From a virus (Duplodnaviria > Heunggongvirae > Uroviricota > Caudoviricetes): a stretch of 64,000 bases of DNA. The position numbers were made by a program, and so were the translations under genes. The DNA lies in IMG/VR virus record IMGVR_UViG_3300028854_000008, positions 63,374 to 127,373 of that record; one strand, written 5' to 3'. Shown here piece after piece: positions 1 to 7,731 of the stretch; position 1 is the stretch's first letter; each line of letters begins with the position of its first letter. Under the pieces are notes generated by a model. The model saw only the letters and a program-made list of their open reading frames with translations. It made no database searches and was not told the origin of the DNA.

Positions 1-129
1 AGTTTGTCGCGGGGTGCAGGTTGCCGTTTCAGGCTCATAACCTTGAAATGTACGTGAGTTTCGATACTCCCTCCGCATCTTTTGAGCAGACACGCCGCCA
101 TGTTAATAACAAAAGATGCGTGTGAAAGT

Positions 130-390
130 TTAAAATAATAATTTTTTAATTTCCTCAAATGCAGTATCAGGAGAATAAACACCATCATTAAATGATAAAA
201 CTTCCCAACCCGAATTTGTCAATTCTTTGATTTTTATTTTATCTCTGTTTTGAACTTGTTTTAAAGAAAAATTTTTAATTTTTAGTTGTTTGTAATGCCA
301 TGGTCCATTCCAAAGAATAGCAACTTTATAATCATCAAGAATAATTGTTTTGCATTGAAACCTCATATAAATAAAGATATGGCAGGACAA
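130..390 (-). CDS. PD-(D/E)xK nuclease-fold (DUF559/Vsr-like) domain fragment, possibly truncated
   Basis: Motif pattern ..IILDDYKVAILWNGPWHY..D..K...L...GWEVLSF resembles DUF559 endonuclease core; short ORF. Confidence 0.3.
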   Translation of the reverse strand: MSCHIFIYMRFQCKTIILDDYKVAILWNGPWHYKQLKIKNFSLKQVQNRDKIKIKELTNSGWEVLSFNDGVYSPDTAFEEIKKLLF

Positions 391-466
391 ACTTGCAAAA
401 CCTCACAAGTGAACAAATATTCACAAGATATTTGTTCTTGCTGCCAATAGTATTTATCTTTATTAA

Positions 467-537
467 GGCACAGACAAGGATTTGCGCTCACCCTCATAAA
501 GTGGTGCGAGTGGGATTATTCCCCACCTGTGCCACCA
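467..537 (+). tRNA. tRNA-Met-like (anticodon loop CTCATAA, CAT) with weak D-arm and non-canonical T-loop ATTATTC; encoded CCA
   Basis: Acceptor GGCACAG/CTGTGCC perfect 7 bp, T-stem GTGGG/CCCAC, discriminator A then CCA. Confidence 0.45.
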
Positions 538-558
538 AAAATAACTAGGAGTTATCAA

Positions 559-717
559 ATGGCTTATTTACTTAAAAAAGGATATAAAATAGACAAAGGG
601 ATCAGAATATATGATAATGAAGAATCATTATTGCCTTGGTGTGATTTTAAAAATTGTAATACATTGGCGTCTCATAATGCTGATCAATATGTTGAGTTAA
701 AATGCAATAAATGGTAG
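559..717 (+). CDS. hypothetical small protein
   Basis: ATG with AGGAG SD upstream; ORF track 529..717 same frame. Confidence 0.4.
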   Translation: MAYLLKKGYKIDKGIRIYDNEESLLPWCDFKNCNTLASHNADQYVELKCNKW

Positions 718-762
718 AATTGGTTATCATATCCAAAATTTTTATGCAAAGAACAGGAATTA

Positions 763-918
763 ATGGGATGTGATCATCATCCAGTATCTTCAGAAATTGT
801 TTATTTGGATGGACATTCAGAATTTTTTATTAAAATTCCACAAACAAGATGGCATAAACATAAATATGAGTTTATATTAGCTTTGATTTTTGCGGTACTT
901 TGTGCGATAATTATTTAA
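763..918 (+). CDS. hypothetical small membrane-anchored peptide
   Basis: ATG ORF of 51 aa ending in hydrophobic stretch ILALIFAVLCAIII; below the 60-aa cutoff of the ORF track. Confidence 0.25.
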   Translation: MGCDHHPVSSEIVYLDGHSEFFIKIPQTRWHKHKYEFILALIFAVLCAIII

Positions 919-919
919 G

Positions 920-948
920 TTGACAAAAGATTTTAAAAGTTGTATAGT
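920..948 (+). promoter_or_regulatory. sigma70-like promoter TTGACA-N17-TATAGT
   Basis: Exact -35 hexamer, 17-nt spacer, near-consensus -10; sits upstream of tRNA at 1055. Confidence 0.55.
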
Positions 949-1054
949 AAAAGAATAGAGATTTGCAGCACGCCGTAAATGTCTTATGACCTACCTCCAA
1001 TTTGTTATAGACAACGATTCGTGTTGCAAATAAAAGATATTGGTATAATGAGTA

Positions 1055-1125
1055 GTGCTTGTAGCTCAGTGGTAGAGCAGCCCCATTAAGAGGGCTGGTC
1101 GTTGGTTCGATTCCAACCAAGTATC
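1055..1125 (+). tRNA. tRNA with 8-nt anticodon loop CATTAAGA (contains TAA / TTA); class-I body; Leu(TAA)-like or ochre-suppressor-like
   Basis: Acceptor GTGCTTG/CAAGTAT, D-stem GCTC/GAGC, T-arm GTTGG-TTCGATT-CCAAC; anticodon stem AGCCC/GGGCT perfect only if loop has 8 nt. Confidence 0.55.
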
Positions 1126-1407
1126 AAAGTTATACTAGGCGCAGATAGACCATAATTGGTTCGCGGCCATGTTGGGAACGTCTCGTGAAATCCATCGCGC
1201 CCGCGATCTGAAGTAAAGTTTGTGTTAGTTGCTGTATTATTAGCCGAAGGAGCAAGAGCACCAGATGGAAAACTGGAGATTTGGCATTACGCCAACCAAT
1301 TGCGTAATGTGTCTGTGATCTAGCTAGGCGAGATGGGATTATCACTATTGGTAGATAACTCCACTGACTAACACAATTAGATATTAAAAAAAGTAGTGTC
1401 GCTGTAA

Positions 1408-1476
1408 GTATAATGTCGTCTAATGGAAGGATAGCGTGAACGCAAGATGCGAGTTCGACTCTCGCCTTATACTGAA
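1408..1476 (+). ncRNA. tRNA-like element (acceptor plus canonical T-arm, degenerate D and anticodon arms)
   Basis: T-arm GCGAG-TTCGACT-CTCGC followed by acceptor 3' strand pairing with AGTATAA; no foldable anticodon arm. Confidence 0.3.
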
Positions 1477-1483
1477 GACACTT

Positions 1484-1510
1484 GAGAGTTTTCTTTAAAC
1501 GAAAACTCTC
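1484..1510 (+). terminator. 10-bp perfect hairpin GAGAGTTTTC/GAAAACTCTC directly after tRNA-like element
   Basis: Perfect inverted repeat with 7-nt loop; weak T tract. Confidence 0.35.
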
Positions 1511-1860
1511 CGCGATTAGTAATACAAGTATGAAATGTCTGACTTGAAGCGCTCTCTGGCAAGGGCGTAAAGGCCAGATCGATGCAATATCCAAAGGCCA
1601 GAGTGCTGATGGAAGTGCAAAGTTCAAGTCAGACATTTCAGTAATTTTATCGGGGAGAAACTATAGAGTTAGCTATAATGGGGAGAACTAAAGCGATGGC
1701 TGGCGATGGCCCAGAAGGAGCTACTTTAGTTTTATGATCTAGAAATAGTTGCTGGTTTCAACACTAGCGCCCCGCCAATTTAGTAGTGACATTTGTTAGG
1801 CAGAGGTTAACGGTTTAGGGCACTCTGCCTGATGATGGAAAGAAATATACTAAAAAGACT

Positions 1861-2073
1861 GTGCCGAACGAAATATATGAAGCACTACTTGAATATATTG
1901 AAGAGTACAACCTTGATTGTGCTGACAATTTTCGATATTCTCCAAAAAATGATCCAGAAGGAATGGATGAATATTTAACTATTTCTCAACGTGGGTGTTG
2001 TGGTCGTGCTGACTTTTTAGCATGGGAAAATAATGGGCAAGAGTGGGTTATTGGTTGTAATTATGGACATTAA
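1861..2073 (+). CDS. hypothetical protein (Cys-containing)
   Basis: ORF track; GTG start. Confidence 0.4.
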   Translation: MPNEIYEALLEYIEEYNLDCADNFRYSPKNDPEGMDEYLTISQRGCCGRADFLAWENNGQEWVIGCNYGH

Positions 2074-2093
2074 ATTTAACAAAAAAGGAAAAT

Positions 2094-2612
2094 ATGATCA
2101 CATTAGAACAATGGTTAAAAGCAATTAAGTATAGAATCACTGAGGGATCAGATTATAATTGGGAAAGCTATGGACCAAATGCATATAGTTTGGATTATTG
2201 GGATCAACTCCACAATGGAGTTGACACTTCAATAATTATCGATAAATTAACTGGAATTGTTTATCAATGCGAAGTTTGTGATTATGAAAAGAATGTTGCA
2301 TATCGCATTATCAATCCAGCCTTTAAAGACAGTCATATTGGAGAAGCTGAGCAGAAAAATCTTGATCATGGTTATGTTGATGAAGCTTGGGAAAATGTTC
2401 CATATTGTGACTCAGAAGTTGATGATTTCCTAGAGAAACTACATGCCATTGTCAATCATGAATCATACGATACTCGTTCAAGTGTTTCACTAGATTTAGA
2501 TGAAAAAACAACATTTACATTGATGAAGATGGCGCATGAAAAAGATATAACTTTTAATCAATTAATTTGTAATATTTTAAACGAGGTGTTTTTGAATCCA
2601 AATACAACATAA
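2094..2612 (+). CDS. hypothetical protein
   Basis: ATG with AAAGGAAAA SD 8 nt upstream; 172 aa. Confidence 0.55.
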   Translation: MITLEQWLKAIKYRITEGSDYNWESYGPNAYSLDYWDQLHNGVDTSIIIDKLTGIVYQCEVCDYEKNVAYRIINPAFKDSHIGEAEQKNLDHGYVDEAWENVPYCDSEVDDFLEKLHAIVNHESYDTRSSVSLDLDEKTTFTLMKMAHEKDITFNQLICNILNEVFLNPNTT

Positions 2613-2624
2613 CTAGATTTATAT

Positions 2625-2702
2625 GGCTCTATAGCTTAATTAGATTAAAGCACTTCACCGTCAATGAAGGAGATGGGGATGCAACTTCCCTTGGAGCCGC
2701 CA
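2625..2702 (+). tRNA. tRNA-Asp (GTC), CCA encoded
   Basis: Cloverleaf: acceptor GGCTCTA/TGGAGCC, D GCTT/AAGC, anticodon stem CTTCA/TGAAG loop CCGTCAA, T GGGGA-TGCAACT-TCCCT. Confidence 0.8.
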
Positions 2703-2841
2703 ATTTTTAAATAGTCTGGTTAAGTCCAGCAAGCGCAGGATACGCGAGAGTTAATGACTCTTCCACCAGCGCCTTAAATTTAGGAGCAAACTGCCAGAAA
2801 ATTAGGAATTAGTTCTACTGCTATTAGAAAAAGATTAAAAC

Positions 2842-2917
2842 GGCAACTTAACACTGATGGTCAGTGTGCTAGACTGAAAATCTAGAAAACTCAGATCGTT
2901 ACTGAGAGTTGCCACCA
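2842..2917 (+). tRNA. tRNA-Phe (GAA), CCA encoded
   Basis: Acceptor GGCAACT/AGTTGCC, D ACAC/GTGT, anticodon stem CTAGA/TCTAG loop CTGAAAA, T CTCAG-ATCGTTA-CTGAG. Confidence 0.8.
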
Positions 2918-2933
2918 TAAGTTTAGGAGTATT

Positions 2934-3074
2934 ATGACAACAATAACAATTAAGGAAGCAGCGATTCTTTCTTATCTGTCAAAACAGCCAATTGAATCTG
3001 AAAGAATTGAATTAACAAAACGCTTGGGTGTAGAAGCTAAAGAACTTGCTATTTCTTTGATAAATAAAAAATAA
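2934..3074 (+). CDS. hypothetical small protein (46 aa)
   Basis: ATG after AGGAG SD; below ORF-track size cutoff. Confidence 0.3.
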   Translation: MTTITIKEAAILSYLSKQPIESERIELTKRLGVEAKELAISLINKK

Positions 3075-3075
3075 T

Positions 3076-3291
3076 ATGAAAATTGAATTAGATTTGACTG
3101 AAGATGAAATAAAAATGCTCAAAAAGCTTACAACTACTGGTGGAAATAGAGCCGCAGTTTGCAGACCAGTTCATGATTCAGTATATTCAAAAATTTGCAA
3201 GGCAATAAAGTTAGAAAAAGAAAATCAAGAACCAGTTAAATTTCTTGGATTTTCTGGACCATTGATGATTTTTCTGATTATCCATTATTAG
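3076..3291 (+). CDS. hypothetical protein
   Basis: ORF track, ATG start. Confidence 0.45.
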   Translation: MKIELDLTEDEIKMLKKLTTTGGNRAAVCRPVHDSVYSKICKAIKLEKENQEPVKFLGFSGPLMIFLIIHY

Positions 3292-3436
3292 CAGAAAATC
3301 ATAAGAAATAAAATTAAGTTCATTCAGTAATTCATTTATCATAGTAGCGAAGTAACGCATGAGTAAAATCGGAAAAGGTTGTTAGCCAATCCATGATAAA
3401 ATTCTAGATGGAATTACTGAATGTTAGTTTAAATGT

Positions 3437-3513
3437 TGGCTTGTAGCATAATTGGCAATGTGTGACCCTGTTAAGGTCAAAGATGATGGGTTCGAGTCCC
3501 TCTGAGCCAGCCA
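3437..3513 (+). tRNA. tRNA-Asn (GTT), CCA encoded, imperfect T-stem
   Basis: Acceptor TGGCTTG/TGAGCCA, D GCAT/ATGT, anticodon stem TGACC/GGTCA loop CTGTTAA, T-loop TTCGAGT. Confidence 0.7.
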
Positions 3514-3541
3514 AAAATTTAGTTGTTGAAGGGTGTGCCGA

Positions 3542-3931
3542 ATGGCAAGTATGACAAAAGATCAAATTAGATATAATGATCCTACAACTGGAAGAAAAAA
3601 ATATCTTATTAAAAAGGTAACAGATCGCAGAATTACAATTCGCAAAAAAGTAGTAGAAATTTTGGGAGGAAAGTGTTTGCTATGCGGTTATGATAAGTGT
3701 GGAAATGCATTATGCGCACATCATCTTGATCCAAAAGAAAAAGAGTTTGGTTTAAGTTATAAAGGTTTGTGTAGGAGTTGGATTAAAGTTCTTTCTGAAT
3801 TAAAGAAATGCGTTTTGCTTTGCGCTAATTGTCATGCAGAAGTGCATGATGGATTGATTATTCCTAATGAATTAATAATACAAACTAGAAAACGTGTAGA
3901 GTGTGAAGAAAGTTTAGTTGTTCCTTCGTAG
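3542..3931 (+). CDS. HNH homing endonuclease
   Basis: Motifs CGY..ALCAHHLDP and LLCANCHAEVH (His-Me finger, zinc Cys pairs); stop codon lies inside next tRNA-like gene. Confidence 0.8.
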   Translation: MASMTKDQIRYNDPTTGRKKYLIKKVTDRRITIRKKVVEILGGKCLLCGYDKCGNALCAHHLDPKEKEFGLSYKGLCRSWIKVLSELKKCVLLCANCHAEVHDGLIIPNELIIQTRKRVECEESLVVPS

Positions 3932-4047
3932 CTCAATTGGTAGAGCGGGCGGCTGTGCGAGATAGATAATGGAATTTAACCAGTTCAAATCTGGAATCTC
4001 GAAAAGTAACCGTCAGGTTGGGGGATCGTGGCCCTCCGAAGGAGCCA
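3922..4047 (+). tRNA. tRNA-like gene carrying a ~50-nt insertion between anticodon-stem halves (intron-like or pseudo-tRNA), CCA encoded
   Basis: Perfect acceptor TCCTTCG/CGAAGGA, D GCTC/GAGC, T GGGGG-ATCGTGG-CCCTC; anticodon-stem halves GGCGG/CCGTC separated by 57 nt that contain a nested hairpin CGAGAT/ATCTCG around a T-arm-like CCAG-TTCAAAT-CTGG. Confidence 0.4.
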
Positions 4048-4215
4048 AAAATTATAGTGGTGTGTTTTGAACGGATAACAAGTCAGACTCTATGTGTATA
4101 CAACGGTGATATGACACTGATTGGGATGGCCGACTGTTGCGAACGGGAATATGACCGTGAAGTGCCCCAAAGTCTGTGTCTGCCACTATAAATAATTTTA
4201 TACAATTGTCAGTCA

Positions 4216-4494
4216 ATGATTAGGAAAATATTTCAACAAGGAGAAAATATGGTATATATAAATAATAACGGAGTTGTTTTAACAGGAACGGATGCGTGGC
4301 CTGTGAATCCATACAAGTCCGAGTCTACAACAAAAATTTTTGAAAATAATGGAGTATCAGATTTTACGACGGTACATTTTATAGCAGATGATCCTGGTAT
4401 TCCGAGAAAATCAGCACGATATAATAATAAACAGAAATTAATTTCAATTTGTGAAAATAATAACATATTATATGAAGTCGTTCCTGACGAGTAA
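4216..4494 (+). CDS. hypothetical protein
   Basis: ORF track. Confidence 0.45.
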   Translation: MIRKIFQQGENMVYINNNGVVLTGTDAWPVNPYKSESTTKIFENNGVSDFTTVHFIADDPGIPRKSARYNNKQKLISICENNNILYEVVPDE

Positions 4495-4543
4495 AATTAT
4501 ATTTTCTGAAGTTAACATACTATAATTAATCATAAATAATAGT

Positions 4544-4774
4544 ATGAATTATAGTAAACTATATAAAAATATCATTAATAATGCGAAGAATAGAAACAAT
4601 AATTTATGTTATATTGAATCTCATCATATAATTCCGCGATCTTTGGGTGGAGAGAATGGCAGTAATAATTTAATAAATCTTACTGCGATAGAACATTTTA
4701 TATGTCATTTCTTATTGACAAAAATGTATAAAATAATACCGAATTGGTCTAATGGCAATGACGCTTCGCTTTGA
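4544..4774 (+). CDS. small HNH endonuclease
   Basis: Motif ESHHIIPRSLGG...NLINLTAIEHFICH; 3' end overlaps tRNA-Gln by ~37 nt. Confidence 0.7.
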   Translation: MNYSKLYKNIINNAKNRNNNLCYIESHHIIPRSLGGENGSNNLINLTAIEHFICHFLLTKMYKIIPNWSNGNDASL

Positions 4775-4812
4775 ACGAAGAAGCACAGATTCGATTTCTG
4801 TATTCGGTGCCA
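4738..4812 (+). tRNA. tRNA-Gln (TTG), CCA encoded
   Basis: Acceptor ACCGAAT/ATTCGGT, anticodon stem CTTCG/CGAAG loop CTTTGAA, T ACAGA-TTCGATT-TCTGT. Confidence 0.8.
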
Positions 4813-5057
4813 AAATATTATGAAAAATAAACCAAAAGTTGGACAAAAAATTAGATTAAATAAATTTGGAGTTAGGCAAATTTATAATAGTTCTATAGCT
4901 CCGTCTGGTTTACTGAGGCAAGTGTTTACAATTACTGAAGTAGACGAAGAATCAATGACAGAGCCAGAAAAACTTGGATGATTGAAGTTGATGATCCAGA
5001 GTTAAATCAATTTATGCTTGACAACTGGTGTTTTGATTTAGTGTCATAAATATTAGT

Positions 5058-5546
5058 ATGAGATTAAATGAATTTCAAAATAACACAACTTCTACTGAAG
5101 TGACCAATTTTGTTAAAGATATAATGCAAATATTGGGTTTATCATCATTTAAATCTCCAGTAATTATATATGACGATAATTTTCCTGAAAAAACATTGGG
5201 CAATTGTTCATGGTATATTGGAGAAAAAGAAGTTGAAATTCACATTAATATAAAAGTTTTAGATTTCAATGACGAAATGATTTTATTTAGGATTTTGGCA
5301 CATGAATTGTGTCATATGGCAGAATATTTATTGTATTGGATTCCTACTTTAGAAAAACAATTAAAAATTGTTCATGGAAAAGTTGGATATGAAAAAGAAA
5401 AATTTAGAGATTGGTGTAATAACGAAATACAAAAAGCAAGTCATGGACCTCAATGGCAACATTTTGCTGATTTATTAAATAGTGAAGTTCCAAATTTTGT
5501 TACAAAAACATCAGACAAAAGTTATGATTTAACCAGCAAACAGTAG
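5058..5546 (+). CDS. putative zinc metallopeptidase (HExxH motif)
   Basis: Motif AHELCHMAEY; otherwise no recognised similarity. Confidence 0.45.
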   Translation: MRLNEFQNNTTSTEVTNFVKDIMQILGLSSFKSPVIIYDDNFPEKTLGNCSWYIGEKEVEIHINIKVLDFNDEMILFRILAHELCHMAEYLLYWIPTLEKQLKIVHGKVGYEKEKFRDWCNNEIQKASHGPQWQHFADLLNSEVPNFVTKTSDKSYDLTSKQ

Positions 5547-5683
5547 TAAGCAGAATAACAGATAACAAAACTGTAATATGTAAAAAGTAGTTTGCTAAAT
5601 TTGGAGAACGACTGTAGCCTGATAAAAAGTCGTGGCAGCTTGGAGAGACAGCGAAAATAATTTAATATAAATGAAGATTTATC

Positions 5684-5712
5684 TTGACAAAGGATAAATA
5701 AAGATGTATACT
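5684..5712 (+). promoter_or_regulatory. sigma70-like promoter TTGACA-N17-TATACT
   Basis: Consensus -35 and near-consensus -10 with 17-nt spacer. Confidence 0.55.
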
Positions 5713-5717
5713 ACAAG

Positions 5718-5870
5718 AGTAGTCAGAAATTTGGAGAATAAAATGACATTCAGACATACACATATCGAGCCAAGTGACCCACGCATTACAGTCATGGAAC
5801 CCCGTTTCTGTGTCTGAAGCTAGATAGTTTGTATTATCAAACCTTCTGGCAAATGTCAGAAGGTTTTTTG
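5718..5870 (+). ncRNA. candidate small RNA (promoter to intrinsic terminator, no ORF)
   Basis: ~150 nt between strong promoter and hairpin CCTTCTG...CAGAAGG+TTTTTT; no plus-strand ORF; minus-strand ORF 5662..5886 likely spurious. Confidence 0.4.
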
Positions 5871-5878
5871 ATGTTGGA

Positions 5879-6064
5879 GTGAACATGAAAGAATATAGAA
5901 TTACAACTCAGAATATAGATTACGGCCAAGAAAATGATTGCGTTATTGATGAGAATGATCCAATAAACGAGATTAAGAAATCACTCTTGCTTGGTGGGTT
6001 AGGGATGAATAAACCAAAATTGAATACTGAGTTAATTGATAAATTTTGGCCCAAGAAAGATTAG
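5879..6064 (+). CDS. hypothetical small protein
   Basis: ORF track. Confidence 0.35.
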   Translation: MNMKEYRITTQNIDYGQENDCVIDENDPINEIKKSLLLGGLGMNKPKLNTELIDKFWPKKD

Positions 6065-6087
6065 CAGTGAATTTACCTGCAACAAGT

Positions 6088-6176
6088 GTGCTAGAGGCAA
6101 CTATCGGTTTGTTGCGCCAGATTGTGACCCTGGACTCGAAAGAGTATTACGGATTCGACTTCCGCCTAGCACCCCA
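6088..6176 (+). tRNA. tRNA with class-II body (long variable arm) and anticodon GTG (His), discriminator C, CCA encoded
   Basis: Acceptor GTGCTAG/CTAGCAC, D GCAA/TTGC 11-nt loop, anticodon stem CCAG(A)/(C)CTGG loop TTGTGAC, variable arm ACTC-GAAA-GAGT, T CGGA-TTCGACT-TCCG. Confidence 0.55.
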
Positions 6177-6200
6177 TGTTTAGTAGTAAAGTTTAAATGT

Positions 6201-6288
6201 CGGAATGGCGGCAGGCCTGGTTTGCCTCCACGTTTGGGGCGTGGCGTTCGTAAGAACATCGTAGGTTCAAATCCTATCATTCCGACCA
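6201..6288 (+). tRNA. tRNA with class-II body (long variable arm) and anticodon TGG (Pro), CCA encoded
   Basis: Acceptor CGGAATG/CATTCCG, D GGC/GCC, anticodon stem CCACG/CGTGG perfect loop TTTGGGG, variable arm GTTC-GTAA-GAAC, T GTAGG-TTCAAAT-CCTAT. Confidence 0.55.
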
Positions 6289-6329
6289 TAATATTAATAG
6301 TAATGTTTCATGTTTATATAAAGTTTAAT

Positions 6330-6408
6330 CAGAGTGAGGGCCATTTGGAAGGCCACTTGGTCCGGAGCCAAGAAAATCGTGAGAGTTCAAATCTCTCCAC
6401 TCTGACCA
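6330..6408 (+). tRNA. tRNA-Pro (CGG), C at position 33, 8-nt variable loop, CCA encoded
   Basis: Acceptor CAGAGTG/CACTCTG, D GGCC/GGCC, anticodon stem CTTGG/CCAAG loop TCCGGAG, T GAGAG-TTCAAAT-CTCTC. Confidence 0.7.
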
Positions 6409-6439
6409 TTTTAAACTAAATACATCTGGAGGGTTTACT

Positions 6440-6736
6440 ATGTATTCAGATGAATTTAGAAAATATATGAAAGTAGTTGATGATAATTCTGAAGAAGATT
6501 TAGATCAATGGGGTAGACTTGTTAAGAAAATGTTTGGAGAAGATTCTTATGTTGTTAAAGAAAAAACATCATATGGTCCCAAATATAGAGTTTATGCTAG
6601 ATTTTATCCACAAGCAATATTGGGGCTCAAAGGAGAAGATGCTGAAATTGAAAAAGCTGTAGAGAAAGCAAAAGATACTATAGAACATTACAAAACTCCC
6701 AAAAAAGCAGTCATAAAATATGAAGGTGGGTGGTAA
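6440..6736 (+). CDS. hypothetical protein
   Basis: ORF track; GGAGGG SD. Confidence 0.5.
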   Translation: MYSDEFRKYMKVVDDNSEEDLDQWGRLVKKMFGEDSYVVKEKTSYGPKYRVYARFYPQAILGLKGEDAEIEKAVEKAKDTIEHYKTPKKAVIKYEGGW

Positions 6737-7105
6737 ATGAAACTTTGGTTAGATGATATTCGTGATCCAAAGAGATATGGTTATCATGATATGTATTGGG
6801 CTAAAAATTATAATGAAGCGATTGCTGCTTTGAAACTTGGTAAAGTAACATTTGCTTCATTAGATCATGATATTGGTGCTTGTGAAGATTGTGTAAAATC
6901 GTTGTCACACATTGGAGACATGCGCTCGCCTGAGACAACATTTTTTAATCATTGCTCACATGAAAAATCTGGTTACGATGTAATTTGTTTTATGGAAGAT
7001 AATGATATATGGCCAACAGACGGTGTAAAAGTTCATAGTATGAATCCAGTTGGCAAAGAAAGAATGAATCAAGTGATTAGAAAGCAGTATGGAAGAACTT
7101 GGTAG
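6737..7105 (+). CDS. hypothetical protein (N-terminus MKLWLDDIRDP...SLDHD, possibly receiver-like fold)
   Basis: ORF track; 4-nt ATGA-type coupling to upstream ORF. Confidence 0.5.
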   Translation: MKLWLDDIRDPKRYGYHDMYWAKNYNEAIAALKLGKVTFASLDHDIGACEDCVKSLSHIGDMRSPETTFFNHCSHEKSGYDVICFMEDNDIWPTDGVKVHSMNPVGKERMNQVIRKQYGRTW

Positions 7106-7117
7106 GTATTAATTTGT

Positions 7118-7191
7118 GGAGTATTAGATTAACAGTGGATCGTATCCCTTTCAAGGATAAGGAGTGGGGGCAGCACCCACATACTCTACCA
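7118..7191 (+). tRNA. tRNA-Glu (TTC) with non-canonical T-loop GGCAGCA, CCA encoded
   Basis: Acceptor GGAGTAT/ATACTCT, anticodon stem TATCC/GGATA loop CTTTCAA, T GTGGG/CCCAC. Confidence 0.6.
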
Positions 7192-7331
7192 TAAGTTCAA
7201 ATGCATTTTGCGCTACCTTGCACCTGAATATGAATATACTTGTTGTACTTGTAATAAATTATTTAGAACTGATAGAAAGAGAAAAACACAAAATGTTTGT
7301 TGTAGCAGAGAATGTAGTTGGCATCAAAAAT

Positions 7332-7407
7332 GATCTATTAGAATAGTTGGTTAGTTCGCAACTCCCTCAAAGTTGAAACGAGAGTTCAAATCTCTCATAG
7401 ATTACCA
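7332..7407 (+). tRNA. tRNA-Glu (CTC), C33, CCA encoded
   Basis: Acceptor GATCTAT/ATAGATT, D GAAT/GTTC, anticodon stem CAACT/AGTTG loop CCCTCAA, T GAGAG-TTCAAAT-CTCTC. Confidence 0.7.
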
Positions 7408-7425
7408 TAAAGTTTGATGATTTAT

Positions 7426-7501
7426 AGGCCTATAGCTCAAGCGGCAGAGCACACGATTGATAATCGTGAGGTTGAATCTTCGATTGATTCTAGGCCTACC
7501 A
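7426..7501 (+). tRNA. tRNA-Ile (GAT), CCA encoded
   Basis: All four stems perfect: AGGCCTA/TAGGCCT, GCTC/GAGC, CACGA/TCGTG loop TTGATAA, GAATC-TTCGATT-GATTC. Confidence 0.9.
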
Positions 7502-7512
7502 AAAATTAATAT

Positions 7513-7590
7513 GCGCTCGTATGCCGCTTCGCTTCGAACGAAGAGAAAGCTAATGGATACATACAGGTTCGAGTCCTGCCGAGCGTTCCA
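7513..7590 (+). ncRNA. tRNA-like element lacking a D-arm (acceptor + anticodon-like hairpin CTTCG-CTTCGAA-CGAAG (TCG) + T-arm + CCA)
   Basis: Acceptor GCGCTCG/CGAGCGT, T CAGG-TTCGAGT-CCTG, CCA encoded; only 5 nt between acceptor and anticodon hairpin. Confidence 0.35.
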
Positions 7591-7731
7591 CATTGGAGTT
7601 AGAATGAATTGTACTTTATGTAATAAAGAAACAAAAATCCAAAATTTTGTTCGCAATCTTGCTCAGCAAAATTTTCAAATAAAAATAGAGAACGATCTTT
7701 TGATTCACGAGTAAAAATAAGTTCGTCTTTA

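Noticed and set aside
1130-1860. Canonical one-piece tmRNA, RNase P RNA or 6S RNA in the GC-rich block
   Set aside because: I could not find the hallmark motifs by eye (tmRNA GGGG..5' end with matching ..CCACCA 3' end, RNase P GGAAAGTCC/P4, the 6S central bubble). Left as an unclassified structured-RNA candidate.
6036-6419. ORFs overlapping tRNA clusters (6036..6419+, 6101..6289-, 7164..7346+, 7402..7656-, 7457..7714+, 9832..10116-, 20810..20995-, 1130..1636-, 911..1120-)
   Set aside because: Each overlaps tRNA genes or structured GC-rich RNA regions on either strand, has no ribosome-binding site, and its openness is explained by the GC-rich tRNA sequence.
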